Source: Hydrolagus colliei (Eukaryota). Taken from it: a stretch of 64,000 nt of DNA. Both the position numbers and the translations under genes were made by a program. Below the pieces are notes generated by a model. The model had not been told where the DNA came from, did no database searches, and worked only from the letters and a program-made list of their open reading frames with translations. Of this stretch, positions 12,411 to 24,746 are shown one piece after another. The stretch's first letter is position 1. Each line of letters begins with the position of its first letter. The stretch spans positions 83,700,001 through 83,764,000 of the forward strand of contig CM068742.1 in NCBI GenBank assembly GCA_035084275.1, read 5' to 3'.

Positions 12411-13228
12411 TAGGGTCCGGCGATATATCGATATATCGCTAAAACCCGATATAATTTTCATATCGATACGCCGATATAGGCATTTTAAAAATATCGATAT
12501 ATCGAGGTAAAAAAATCGGAATGCGCGCTATAAGACCCAGAATGCTCATCTCTATACAAAATGCACAGACCGAGGTGAAAAGCCGCCATATTGTATTCAT
12601 AGTCCTCGAATACAATATAGAGGTATGCAAGGGGTGGGGGGGAGAGACGGCTGGGGGGGGGGGGGGGAGAGACGGCTGGGGGTGGTGTGGGAGGGAGAGA
12701 GACGGCTGGGGGGGGGGGGGGGGGAGAGAGACGGCTGGGGGGGGTGGGGGGGAGGAGGAGAGAGAGACGGCTGGGGTGGTCGGTTGGGAGAGGGATGGCT
12801 GGGGGGTGGGGGGGGGGGGGGGGGAGAGAGACGGCCTGCGGGGGGTGGCGGGGCGAGAGACGGCTGGGGGGGGGTGGGATGGAGAGAGAGACGCCTGGGA
12901 GGGGGGTGGGTGGGGAGAGAGACGGCGGCGGTGGGGTGGGTGGGGGAGAGACGGGATGGATGTGATAATATACAGATAGATAGAGATGGGGGGGATGTGA
13001 GAGAGACACAGAGACACAGAAAGAAAAACACAAACATGGAGAGTGAGAGACACAGAGAGAGAAAGATATTTACCTCCTGAGGAGATAGGCCCCAAATGCG
13101 CGCGCACCCCGAATGCGCGCACACCCGAATGCAGTACGAAAAACCCGGAAATATCGATATTTCGGTATATCTCGATATGAGCCCATCGATATATCTAAAT
13201 CGGAAAATTTCCATATCGACGGACCCTA
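12411..13228. mobile_element. hAT-type MITE copy 1
   Basis: TIRs tagggtccggcgatat / atatcgacggacccta (15/16 match); perfect 8-bp TSD ATCAACAC at 12403-12410 and 13229-13236; subterminal CGATAT repeats. Confidence 0.95.
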
Positions 13229-13928
13229 ATCAACACTACCTGCTTCAACTGTCTCCCTAGAGAGTCTGTTCCATAGGTTCACTGTTCTCTTACTGAAATA
13301 GTATTTGCATAGATTCATTCTGAATCTAATCCCAGTTCGGGTCCGAAACACAGACTGGGAAGTCCTCCTGAAGAGAAAAGTGCTACACAAATGTTACTTT
13401 GTTTTTGTTGTTGCCCCTTTAGAATTGTAAAGAAAGCAATCATGTTGCCTCTCAATTTCTTTTTTCCAGCGTGAATATGATCAATTTACTTAGTTGTGCC
13501 TCGTGATCCAACCCTTCCAATAATTTTGATTGCCTTCCTCTGTATCTTCTCTATTTCTCCAATATCCTTTTTTGTACTGCGACGACCAGAATTGTAACAG
13601 TACTCCAAGTATGGTCCCACCAATGATTTATACAGTGGCAGGATACCCCACAATTTTGGCTTGTTATTAATCTTTTGCTACATCCAAACATCTGGTTTGC
13701 TTTACTCACTGCTACACAGCATTGTTGGGAGAATCTCAATTTTGTCAATCAGAACCCCCAGGTCATTTTCATTTTCCAAACATATTATTTTCCTTCCACA
13801 CAAATAATAGTCACTTCCAGGATTTTCTGTCCCCATGTGAAGTACTTTATTTTTCTCCACATTGAATTTCATCTGCCACTGATCTGCCCAATTCCCAAGT
13901 ATGTTCAAATCCTCCTGTAACCTATCTT

Positions 13929-14277
13929 GGAGTGCTATAGCTAAGTGGTTGGAGCACTCTCCTTACAAGCGTGAGATCTGTGTTCGAATCCAGGCAAGTC
14001 AGGGCGAAACCTTCTGCAGGTCAGGGCGATACCTTGGGCAAGTTTCCTTACTCCACATGCCTAATAATAATCCCTCAAAAAAAATACAATAATAAAATTG
14101 GTCATTTCAATCCACCGATTGTTTGTGGGGCACTGCTGTGCACAATTGGCTGCCGTGTTTCGCCCATAAATACAGTTAATTCACTTTACAGTATATTCTG
14201 TGAAGCGCTTTGAGACGTCTAGAAGACATGAAAAGGCACTATATCAAATGTAAGGATTAGGATCATTATTATTATTG
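13929..14277 (+). mobile_element. Full-length tRNA-derived SINE inserted in CR1
   Basis: Head with A-box tagctaagtgg and B-box gttcgaatcc, Deu-like core, L2-like tail and (ATT)n. Confidence 0.9.
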
Positions 14278-16351
14278 TTCAGCTTTGCAATCTACCACCT
14301 TCATCTGCTTGGTGTTATCTTGGTGTAAACTTATCCACTATGCTTGCCACTCCTAGTTCGATATTATTATTATTATCTATAAAAATATGAAACAAAAGAG
14401 ATCCCAAAACAGACCTTAGTGGAACTCAACTTGTAAAATTTTTCCAGTCTGATGATATTCTCACCTGGTTCCACCGTTCAGCTAGTTGCGTATCCATTGT
14501 AATATACCCCACTGATCCTGTTTTCTTTACTTTCAGTAACAGCCTCTCAAAGAAGAACTGTATCAAAGGCCTTACTGAAATCAAGATATACAACATCCAC
14601 AACCTTACTCTTTTCTTATCAAGCTCTCTTGTCACACTGTCAAAGGAAACCAATAAATTAGATTGGTCTTCCCTTCATGAACCCATATTGTCTTATCATT
14701 TATTTCTATCTAGATGCTCCATGATTTTAGCCTTAATAAGTTTCCAGAATTTTATCCACAATGGACGTCAAACTTACTGGGCACCACTCCGGTATTCAGT
14801 GATTTTTGAACGATTTGTGCCAGCGTTTCTGCAACTTCCTCCTTTAATTCCTTAAGGATCCTAGGATACAATTCATCCGGCCCCTGAGATTTATTTACTT
14901 TACATTTATGCAGCTGTTTTACAACCATGCTGGGTTTTTTTCTGTAAAATCATTGAGTTCTCTTTCCAGATCAGATAGGTTACCCCCTTCCTCCTTGATA
15001 AAGACTGATGCAAAAAACTTATTTAGCACTATACAAATGTAATGGTGTTGTTACTATTACAACCTGTGCAGCATTATGTGTCATGATGTCTCCCAAATCC
15101 ACCTTCAGTCGCCCTATTCCATTGCTTGTTCTTCTACTCTTAACATAACTAAAAAATGTTTTGTTATTATACTTCACATCTGTTGCCATGTCCAATTCAA
15201 AGCTTTTCTTTGCATTTTGATGCCTTTTTTGCATTCCTGGCATGCCTTCTGGTATTGACTCTGACTTATCCCATGCCATTTTCCTTCATGGCCTTAAATG
15301 CTTTTTTTTCTTCTTTATGATGTGCTTTGTAGCACCGTCCAACCAGGCAGGAGTGCCTTTAGGCTTGGTACCTTTGCTTCTCATGGGTACACATTGCTCC
15401 ATTGCCTTCATAACCACCTCCTTGAAGGGACTCCATAAGTCCTTCACTCCCATTGCCATATTTAAGCTTGCCAGGCCCACTCCGACTATACTTCTCAAGC
15501 ACATAGTCTGTCATCTTGAAATTTGGCAAGTTTTCTTTGGGTTTTTAGAACTCTTGTGATGTCAAATGTGGTTGCATTGTGATCACTATTAGTTAATGTT
15601 TCTCCCATCTTTATGTTGGAGAAATCCCAAGATTTTATCTCCCCTTGTTGGCTCTTTTACAAACAAAGTCATAAAACACTCTTCATTTAACTATACAAAC
15701 CCCTTCCCTATCTTACCAGTAGACACATTATTATCCCAACGGATTTGGGGGAAGTTAAAATCACCAACCATTATGGTTGATACATTACTAGTAGCCTTCC
15801 TTATCTCATCCTACAGTCCCAGATCATGGCTTTCACCTTGGCTTAGGAGTCTACAGCAGACCCCCAGTAATAGCTTACCTCTGTTACCATCTTTTAATTC
15901 TACCCAAAGTAATTCTGTGTCTGTCCTTTCCTTTTTTATATCATCCCTCACTTGTGTCTCAATAATGGAGCTTATATATAGTGCCACACCACCATTTCTT
16001 CTCCCAATATAGTCCCTCCTAAACAGTTTATAATCTTCCAGATGCGTATCCCATTGATTGGATTTAATCAACCATGTCTCTGTGATGCTAATGATGTCCA
16101 ATCTACCACCCCCTATATGACCATCCAGTTTGTGCACCTTGTTTGTCAGACTTCTGGCATTAATGCAAGTACAGCTCTATTGCTTTTTGCCTTTCCCATT
16201 TACTTTATAAAGCGTTTGTTGTTTCTTTTTCACCAACCTTTGGAATTAGACCCATTACACTGCCTTAAGGTTTTCTCTAATCCGTTCGGGTGCTCTCTTA
16301 CACCTAAAGCAACCACCTCTGTGCCTAGTTTAAACACTCCCTACTAAATTA

Positions 16352-17093
16352 CAGTAAAAGCCTGTTTATCTGGCACCCACGGGACCTGGCCAGTTAAATC
16401 GCCTGCTGGATATTCCCCCCCGCGGCCGAAAACCCACTACAAAAAATTTAAGTTCTTTTAACACACACCATACACACCCAGACTAAGTAATAACAGATAA
16501 TTACAGAATATTATATTGGTACTTATTGTTAAAACTACTCTCTTGCGCTTCTCACCTTTATTGATTGAGGTTTACAGTCCAGTGATTTTTTTTTTAAATG
16601 GAGGACGCCAAGTGGGTGAAAAAAACGGCAGCGCGATTTTAAAGTCGCACGACTTTACTAGCAGCAAGCCGAAGCACTAGACTCTACTAGCGGCAAACCA
16701 AAATACTGCACCTGCACAACAATGTGGGTTATCGGCTAGGGTTATCGGCTTGCCGCTAGTATGACTTTAAAGTCGCGCTCCGTTTTTTTTCCACCAGCTT
16801 GGCGTGCTCCATTTTAAAAAGAATCGCTGGACTATAAACTTCAATTTCAACTGTAGCATCATGGCTTCAAGCGCAGCATCTACCAGCAAAGGTAAAAAGC
16901 GCAAGAGAGTAGTTTTAACAATAAGTACCAATACAATATTCTGTTATTATCTGTTATTATTTATGCATTTACAAATGCTCCACTGCTATTGTTCTGGATA
17001 AGTTCCGGTTTATCAAATGGGGACTTTTTTTTTGGCGTGCCGGTTATACAGAAGTGCCGGTGCATTGAGTCACGGATAAACGGGCTTCTACTC
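16352..17093. mobile_element. pogo/Tigger-like MITE (family A) with an internal hairpin and transposase N-terminal remnant
   Basis: TA|cagtaaaagcctgtttatc ... gataaacgggcttctactc|TA. MASSAASTSKGKKRKRVVLTI from 16861 resembles CENP-B/pogo N-termini. Confidence 0.88.
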
Positions 17094-17499
17094 TATCTTT
17101 CCTGTGAACACCCCTACCTGCCCCCTCCACTATTTGTTTAGGTGGAGCCTATCTGGTCTGCATAGATGCCCCCAATTCCAAAAGGTGCCCTATTGTTTGA
17201 AGAAAAGCCTGCCTCCCTACAATAATGCTTGCATTTTGATACAGTGCTTTTCACGCCTTCTGTATGTCTCAAAGCACTTCGATGAATATACTGTAAAGTG
17301 AATTGATTGTATATTTGTGGGCAAAATACAAATATCTTAGCTATGCATTGGATCTTGAACTTGATCCTCTGGGGGATTGGGAGGGTATGGAAACTGGGTG
17401 AGGATTGGAGTTGATTGGCTCACAAACCTTAATTGTTCAGGAGAGGACACAAAGAGTTGGGAAGTCAAGCAAGCAGTGAGTTAGCGTAGTGAAGCCTGG

Positions 17500-17820
17500 A
17501 TATAATGAATAAAGTCCAAGGGCAGAGATTAAGGCATGGGCGGGCAATGATGTGGAGGTGGAGAAGGCAGAACACATCATAGCACCGATGTAGGGTTTAA
17601 AAGACAGTTGAATCAAACATGACACGAAGGTTCCCTACTGGCTCAGTGAGGTGGAGTGTGCATCCATGGTTAGTGATGCTGCTGCTGCCTGAAGTTAAGA
17701 GGGGCTGACAGGAAGTAAGCAGGAGATCCTTGGCCTTGTCAACATTCAAGTGAAGAAAACTGTCTCTTATCCAGGACCTTATTTCCAACAGACATTCTGT
17801 CAGAACAATGACTACAGAAC
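17500..17820 (-). mobile_element. L2 RT fragment
   Basis: CLLEIRSWIRDSFLHLNVDK...PVGNLRVMFDS in ORF 17597..17845. Confidence 0.85.
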
Positions 17821-18959
17821 ACAGACGTTTAGGGAAACATGACATGCTTGTTAGATAAAAGTGTGTACATGACTATACTTCCCTACACCCGAACAAGGTT
17901 CACACAAACTCAAATATTTATATAATAAACTTTCAGGGCACTGCTCCGAAAGCAAAAAATCTAGTTGAAGCATAAAGATGCTGTATGCAATTTGTCTGCC
18001 ACATTTCACTCACAAAATACATAGTCAATTCACTTGATAGTGCTGTGAAGCGCTTTGAGATGTCTGTCTGTGACAAGGCGTTATTATATCAAATGCAACG
18101 ATTATTATTGTTATATAGTTTTTGTATAGTATTCTTACTACAACTTTCTAACCAACAATGCAACCATAATCAATCTATCATTTGATAATTTTGAGAGTTT
18201 TTAATGCGGTTTGGTAAAATATCTTTTGTTAACAGATTAGCTATTACAAGTCCATTCTTGACATGCTTCAAAAACAAGCATTCATGATTAAAACAACATT
18301 GGAACAAAAAAATGGTAGTTATTTAGCACCTTGCAAGCATCTCATAGGGCTTAGAAAGAGGTAACTAACTGTAACATCCAATGTTTCATGCTTGTATCTT
18401 GTACAAATGATATTCACTATTCCAAGTAATAATCACTGTAAATCACTAGTCCTATTTATATTTAAATTGATGATTTTTGTTGTCAATTTAGAACCATAGA
18501 AATATAAAAGCAGAAATATAGGAAGGCCCAAAGGCTCCAAACAAAATACTGTACTTGGGGGATTGGCGGGAGGTGAGAAAGAGAGATCTGTATCCATGTG
18601 TAGGTTTACAAAATAAAGCTTTTAATAAATCTGTTACAAGTCTTTCAGTTTATATATAATCAGAGTAGAAGATTGATCTTCCTACATAAAGGTGGAGATG
18701 TTCATAGTTAGCTTTGGTTCATATAATTCTCTGTAATGTTATCTTGGGACAGAATGAAATAACCTGCAGTGTGGGTGATCGATCCAAAATGCTCTGGAAC
18801 AACAAAAGAGCAAATAACATGAAACACTGTGATCTACATTTATATTTTGATCAAGCAGTCATTGTGACCAGTAAATCCCCAAACTTGACTTATGTCCATT
18901 GGTTTATGTCGAAACTTCACAGTTAAATGAGTGTATGGACTGTATTTGTTGACAAGCAT

Positions 18960-19230
18960 AGCAGCACAGCTATGTCCCACAAACATCCATGAACAGAATG
19001 ACCAATTTATCTGTAGGATGGTTGGCCAGACGACTAGGAGAAATTCATTCTCTTTTTAAATAATGTGATGGGATCTGTTAAAGCCTACTGGAAGAGGTCG
19101 ACAGAACCTTGGTTTTAACACCTCATCCGAAAGCCTGCATTACCAAAGTTGCAGCACTGCCCCACAAATGGCACTGGCAAGTTTACCATGAACTCAAGTC
19201 CCACAGTGGGGCGTCAACCCACAACGTTAT
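18960..19230 (-). mobile_element. Older DeuSINE fragment
   Basis: Reverse complement contains tttcggatgaggtgttaaaaccaagg...agatcccatcac and gtgggacatagctgtgc. Confidence 0.6.
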
Positions 19231-19482
19231 GAAATGAGCAAAGGATGATATTACATTGGTGATCTATCCCTCGATTTTAGTAAAATCAACAATGAACAAC
19301 TTTAACAAGGAAACGTAGGAATAATGTCATAATAATAGTACTTCCCTACCCATCTCACTTTTGTTCAGATCAGAAGTTGAATGAATTGATACTACATGAG
19401 AATAGCTTCACCGATAGCAGCCATTAGAATATCAAGCAGATGTCCTAATACAGCTTTCCTCTTTCAATCCCAAAAACTCATC

Positions 19483-20370
19483 AACAACAAAGTTACATTT
19501 GTACAGTGTCTTTCACGTTGGGAGCACGCCATAAGGCATTGTTATGGACCCAACCTGGAGGAGGATGGAGTTCACGGGAGGGGGGGGGGGGGGGGTGGGG
19601 GGGGTGGGGGGGGTAAGGAGGGTGATCAAAGTCATGGTGGAAGAGGAGGGTTGAGTTGATTCTTGAAGGAAGCAAGGGAGGGGCAAGGCGTTAGCGACTG
19701 CGAAATGAAGTTCCAGAGGATGGCGCACAGCAGCCAAAGAGGGGCGGGTGAGGCAGGAAACATGAAGCAGGCTGGAGCCCGCTGAGCCTAGGGAGGTTAG
19801 GTTGATAGGCGGTTAGAAGGTTGCAGAGTTAGGGGGCAGCAAGACCATGGAGGGTTTTGAAGATCAAGATCTTGAATTGTATCCTCTGGGTGACGGGAAG
19901 CCAATGGAGTCAGGCAAGAATGAGGGTGAGAGCGTCACAGAGCCTGGTGCAGGACATGGGCTACAGAGTTCTGAATGATCTGCAGCTTGTTGAGGGAGGG
20001 AGCTGGACGTTGTTGCAGAGATGGGGCAAGACAAAGCGAGTCATGGCACAATGTCGGGCAGAAGGGATAGTTGAGAGTCAAACAAGATGCCAAGCTTCCG
20101 GACGGCTCAGTGAGGTGGAATGTGCATTCATGGATGGTGACTCTGTCAGTGCCTAGGATGTGGAGGTGCTGACAGGAGCCATTCACGAGGGCCTTGATCT
20201 TCTTGGTGTTCACAGGAAAAAGTTAGCTCTCATCCAGGAATTGGTGTCCAACAAAACATTCTGTCAGGACAGTGTAGTCCTAGAATCGAGGATGGAGGTA
20301 GAGAGATAGAGTTTGGTGTCAATTTCATACATGTGGAAGTTGACCCAATGTCTGCTGATGACCTCACTCG
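19483..20370 (-). mobile_element. L2 LINE 3' fragment
   Basis: LNKLQIIQNSVAHVL remnant, WLPV..RIQFKILI on the minus strand, and (TTG)n tail at 19483. Confidence 0.85.
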
Positions 20371-20979
20371 AAGCACAAAGCTGGAAATTACATTGTTGGC
20401 TTTAACATTTTAATCCATCCACATGTAACGAGAAACTGATAAATTTCACAATGAGTTGGCAAGAAATTACAAAAGTACAAACTAGTTGGTCTGCAGTTTT
20501 GGAACTCATTCTTAAATATAGTCAAGATATTTAAAGCTGGAACATGTGAAACTGATATTGTATAGAACTGTAAAGGAACATCATGTTGTGGTATTGAAAT
20601 TGCTCCACATATTGCTCTACAAAGATGAGAAATTCCTCCTGCTACTAAATTTAGGAACTTTGCTGATGGTTATTCATAATAATTCGTGTTATGAACGAAC
20701 AACCTCCAAGTCTCTACATCTACCGTGGGAGGAATTACACTCTCACCATGGTGTTTGTTCTCATGCTCATTCTCTCAGACCTGGTCGAAAACTGACAATC
20801 CGGCATGAGTACTGTAAATAAGCCAATCATTTCATAGAGTCCCAAAATATTTACAAAAAGGAGATCATTTAGTTCATTGTTCACAGACTGCCTTTCTTTC
20901 AGATGAGATGTGAAATCTAAGGTCCTGTCTACCTCTTCCAGTGGGCGAGTTTTCGTCTCCTCCCACTGCAGCTATCTGC

Positions 20980-21320
20980 CTTAATCTCATTGTGCTGCTC
21001 CTTCCTTGTAATATTTTTAATATTCTTCTTCTTCAAATAATTATCTAGTTACCTGTTCCACTTCACCTTCTTCTACCTCCATTTACTCCTAGTGATAATC
21101 CAGAATTCATGCCCTCTTGTCACTTATTTGCTGACCATGAGAAACAGCCTATCTCTGCATTTACCCTATCAAAACAATTCATAATTTTGAAGACCTCTAT
21201 TTGATCCAATCCTCAACCATCTCTGGTCAAGCAAAAGTGGTCCAATGGTAATAGCTCTACATCCAATAATAACTATCCCTGGTATCATTCTAGTGAATCT
21301 CTCATGTACTTCTCTGTTCG
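20980..21320 (-). mobile_element. CR1 3' fragment
   Basis: tttaccctatcaaaacaattcataattttgaagacctctat is similar to 55830-55870. Confidence 0.65.
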
Positions 21321-21582
21321 CACAGAGCCTTAATGCAATAAACCATTATGCGATAAACAATTCAACTGACTAGACTTTTGTGATGCAAGCTGACATGAAC
21401 AGAGATCACAATACATTTATAGGCACTTGGCAATTGTAATATGAACCTCCTGACGGACACAATAAAGCAGCTGCATTTATCTGAGTTATGTAACTGCTTT
21501 TGTACTGTGGAAATATTCTAGATAGTTTTGATAATCTAAATAGGCTTCAATGGACTACTCCACTCATAAAATGTACTATACA

Positions 21583-22190
21583 ACCTTTTTGGTCGGCTGG
21601 GTGTCTTACACACGTGAAAACTTATCACTATGCTTAAGAGTATCCAAAACAAAAATGCATCCTACCTACATATGGAAATCACCGAGATAGATTGTTGGAA
21701 TGGAATGCACTCTCTCTCCCTGGAGAAACATATCCTGCTTACCTAATTCTAGACAGTTTGAAGCACTGGTTGGCAACAACAACAAAATTTCATTTAAAGA
21801 ACGCCTTTCACGTTGTGAGGACGTCTCAAGGCGTTGCAAGAGCTAAGGCTTGGGACCCCAGAGTATACGTTGGGTTACTACTGGAGTCTAACCAGCTAAA
21901 ACTGCATAACATGCCATTGAAAGCACAGGTTGGCAAGTTTTCCCACTGCTTGTCCAGCTACGACCACCCTGTTAAGAGCTTTGGCTTGTAGGGTTAACAG
22001 GAGCTGAATGGGATGACTCGGGCCAGTACAGTTCCATATCCCCCCCCACCCCCGGAGCATTGTCACCAATTGGTCATTTGACATTCAACTGACAAAGCGT
22101 GGGTTTGAGCACTCACTAGGTGCATAGCTGGTACCAGGACTTTCCTGTAAGCTTCATGGTGAACACAGCTCAGCGTGAGATCAGTATCTG
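21583..22190. repeat. Unclassified interspersed repeat
   Basis: Colinear similarity to 63363-63762 and, in reverse, to 50780-50845 and 51400-51460. Confidence 0.7.
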
Positions 22191-22198
22191 TCTTAAAT

Positions 22199-22507
22199 GG
22201 AGTCCTGTAGCTCAGTGATTAGAGCAGTCGCCTTACAAGCGAAAGACCTGAGTTCAATTCCAAGCAGGGCGAAACTTTGGGCAACTTTCCTTACTCCACA
22301 AGCTTAATATTAATCCCTCAAAAATAACAATAATAATTTGCTTATTTCAACCCAAGAATGTTTGTAGGACACTGCTGTATGCAATTGGCTGTGCCGCGTA
22401 TTGCCCACATATGTACAGTCAATTCACTTTACAGTATATTCTGTAAAACGCTTTGAGACATCTAGAAGACGTGAAAAACGCTATATCAAATTCAAGGATT
22501 ATTATTA
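22199..22507 (+). mobile_element. Full-length tRNA-derived Deu-domain SINE
   Basis: Head ggagtcctgtagctcagtgattagagc...ttacaa...gagttcaattcc, core, tail gagacatctagaagacgtgaaaaacgctatatcaaa and (ATT)n. Confidence 0.92.
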
Positions 22508-22879
22508 CCACCACCTGCCAGCCCACAGTTCCTTTATTTTATGATTTACGTTTACTAGTAAAAGTCTCAATGTTAGAATCACTTCCCCATATGTAAAGTT
22601 AGGAAATGTTGTATGCAAGTAGGTTCTGGAAAATATTTCAGATGTAGCAAAAAAAACAACGGAATTAAACAAATCTGTAATCAATATGGCTTTTTTTTTA
22701 AAACAAAAGTATTGTGCAGGAAACATTATAACAAAAGAGGGCAGTGAACTAAAAACAGGTATTCATAGGTAACTGGAATAGGCAGATTATTGGAAAATAA
22801 AGCTCAAGATAGAAATAAATACAAAGAATACAGAGCAGAATTATACCCAGGCTGGCAGCATTCTCAATGGCGCACTGAA

Positions 22880-23575
22880 ATAATGGGTACAAATATATAG
22901 TTATTAAATAAAGAAGGCTGTTAAATTGGCAAACAGAATTCTAGGTTTTACGTAGATGTTAAATAGGAAGTGATGATCAATCTGTGTAAGAAATTGATTA
23001 AGGCCACAGTTGGAATATTGGAAGAAAGGTTAGTGGAGCTATGCAGTATCGGTTCCCACGGGTGATATCAAAGATATCTGATTTCATATACAGTATATTA
23101 ATGACATTGACTCAGGGTAATACTGTATCAACGTTTGCAGATGATACCAAGCTAGAAGCTATAGTGAATAGTGAGGAGGATATCAAGATACCGCAGGAAG
23201 ACTTAAATAATTAGTGCAGATAATCAGATCAGTTCACAGTTGAAGTTTAATGAAACAAAATGTGAGACGATTCAGAAGAATTTATTGAATGGAAGTACTT
23301 TGCAAGGAGCAAGAGGGGCAAAGGGATTTGGGGGTGCAGGTACATAGGTTCTTGGAAGAAGCATTACAGGTAGCCTGTGAAAAATAATAATATTCTTAGT
23401 TTTATACATAAAGAGATAGGAGTATAAAAGCTAAATATATAAAGATAATCAAGGGTGCAGCTGGAGTACTGCGTTCAGTATTGAGCACCTCATATACAAA
23501 AATATCTTAAAGCCTCGGAGGGGAGATTTACAAGGTTGGGATTAAGGATTTAGTCACAGCTGGAGGACGAAGAGA
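22880..23575 (+). mobile_element. CR1 RT fragments
   Basis: YINDID...FADDTKL remnant (tttgcagatgataccaagcta) and LEYCVQ remnant (ctggagtactgcgttcag). Confidence 0.8.
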
Positions 23576-23874
23576 AGTAGATTTGGGTGTCACCCGCATA
23601 CATGTTTACCCTGGGTCTGTGGGTGACATCGCCGTGAGGGAGCTCGACACTCTTTCTCTTTCACAGATGTACCCAATTGGCTGTCTCATTTCGAAACAAA
23701 ACACATGTTGCTCGGTAAGAAAAAGTCACGAAAACCACAATTTATTTGCACCTTGCACTTTTAAATGCAGCTATATTCACTACATTATCACGTACCTTAA
23801 ATTAATGTAACATAATTCCAAAATATTTCCAGGAACACATGGGCCCTGAATGGGTATAAACCATGTTTGTAACT

Positions 23875-24192
23875 TCAGTGTAGTCCTGTAGCTCACTTGC
23901 CTTTCTGTGTTTGAATACAGGCAGGTCAGGCCGACACCCTGGGCAAGTTTTCTTACTCCACACGCCTAATAATAATCCCTCCATTAAACACAATAATAAA
24001 AAAAAACACAATAATAAAATCCACAACATTTCAATCTACGACTATTTGTGGGACACTGCTGTGCGCTGTGGCTGCAATGTTTCGCCCACAAATATGCAGT
24101 CAATTCACTTTACAGTATATTCTGTGAAGCACTTTGAGACCTCTAGAAGATGTGAAAAGCGCTGTATCAAATGCAAGGATTATTATTATTAT
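23875..24192 (+). mobile_element. SINE with a partly deleted head
   Basis: gtcctgtagctcac...gggcaagttttcttactccacacgcctaataataatccc...tail. Confidence 0.88.
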
Positions 24193-24746
24193 TCAGATTA
24201 TTCTTCAATTAGATCTGCTGGAAAATGTCCTTGTGCAGATGACAGACAGAGAAAATGAACAGACACAGCTGTGATATCCCCTACAACCTAATATCCTGTC
24301 AACATTCATTTCAGATTCACATAGAATGGAACTCTACCTCAGGACAAGTTAGGGCTTTCAGGGGGAACAATAGAAACCAATTCAGTTTGCAATTGAACAA
24401 ATTTGCAGTATCAATAGTGTAAAATGTTTGGAAGCTATTGTTTCCAGTTTGTTCCAAAGTAAAAGAAAATATATTTGATACAATAATGTTGCCTGAGCTC
24501 TAAACCAGTTAACTGTAAATTTTCCTTGCAGTTTGACACCATTAACAATGTTGCCATCAACACACTGGTGTGTTGCTCTGCTGCTGATACATTTGATGCA
24601 CTTTGAAGCTGTGCAGTTAGTATAATTTCCCACACAAATTGCCAGCTAAACCTGTCGGCAGGTGGACAATCACTCCCAATGCTTTGATGAGGATGAAAAC
24701 TGGAAACATTGTTGGTAGCATAAAATAAGATGGTAATACTACAGTA

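Larger units (their letters stand above)
12130..16340 (-). mobile_element. Decayed CR1 LINE (endonuclease to 3' end), interrupted by a hAT MITE, a SINE and L2 tails
   Basis: Endonuclease LDIISITETWL...LFRRD...GGVALYI (15811..16137); KYNNKTFFSYVKSRR; RT C-terminal WADQWQMKFNVEK-KVLHMG (13702..13908); SKANQMFG; CR1-like 3' repeat near 12130. Confidence 0.9.

Noticed and set aside
12630-12960. CRISPR-like repeat-spacer appearance
   Set aside because: The repeats are only ~12 bp, the spacers are low-complexity G-runs, the context is eukaryotic, there are no cas genes, and the array sits inside a TIR/TSD-bounded element.
12439-13214. Long Pro/Gly-rich ORFs (also 29006-29866, 53095-53892, 25934-26455, 11312-11707)
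   Set aside because: These are stop-free low-complexity tracts open in several frames and on both strands, with no recognisable domains.
18328-18345. Possible RNF38 'MACK' first coding exon (GAT GCT TGC AAG|GT)
   Set aside because: There is no in-frame ATG, a TGA precedes it, the donor is weak and there is no promoter context.
22199-22270. tRNA gene (also 13929 and 60639)
   Set aside because: These are SINE heads: anticodon-like triplets vary, the acceptor stem is poor, and each continues into the SINE body.
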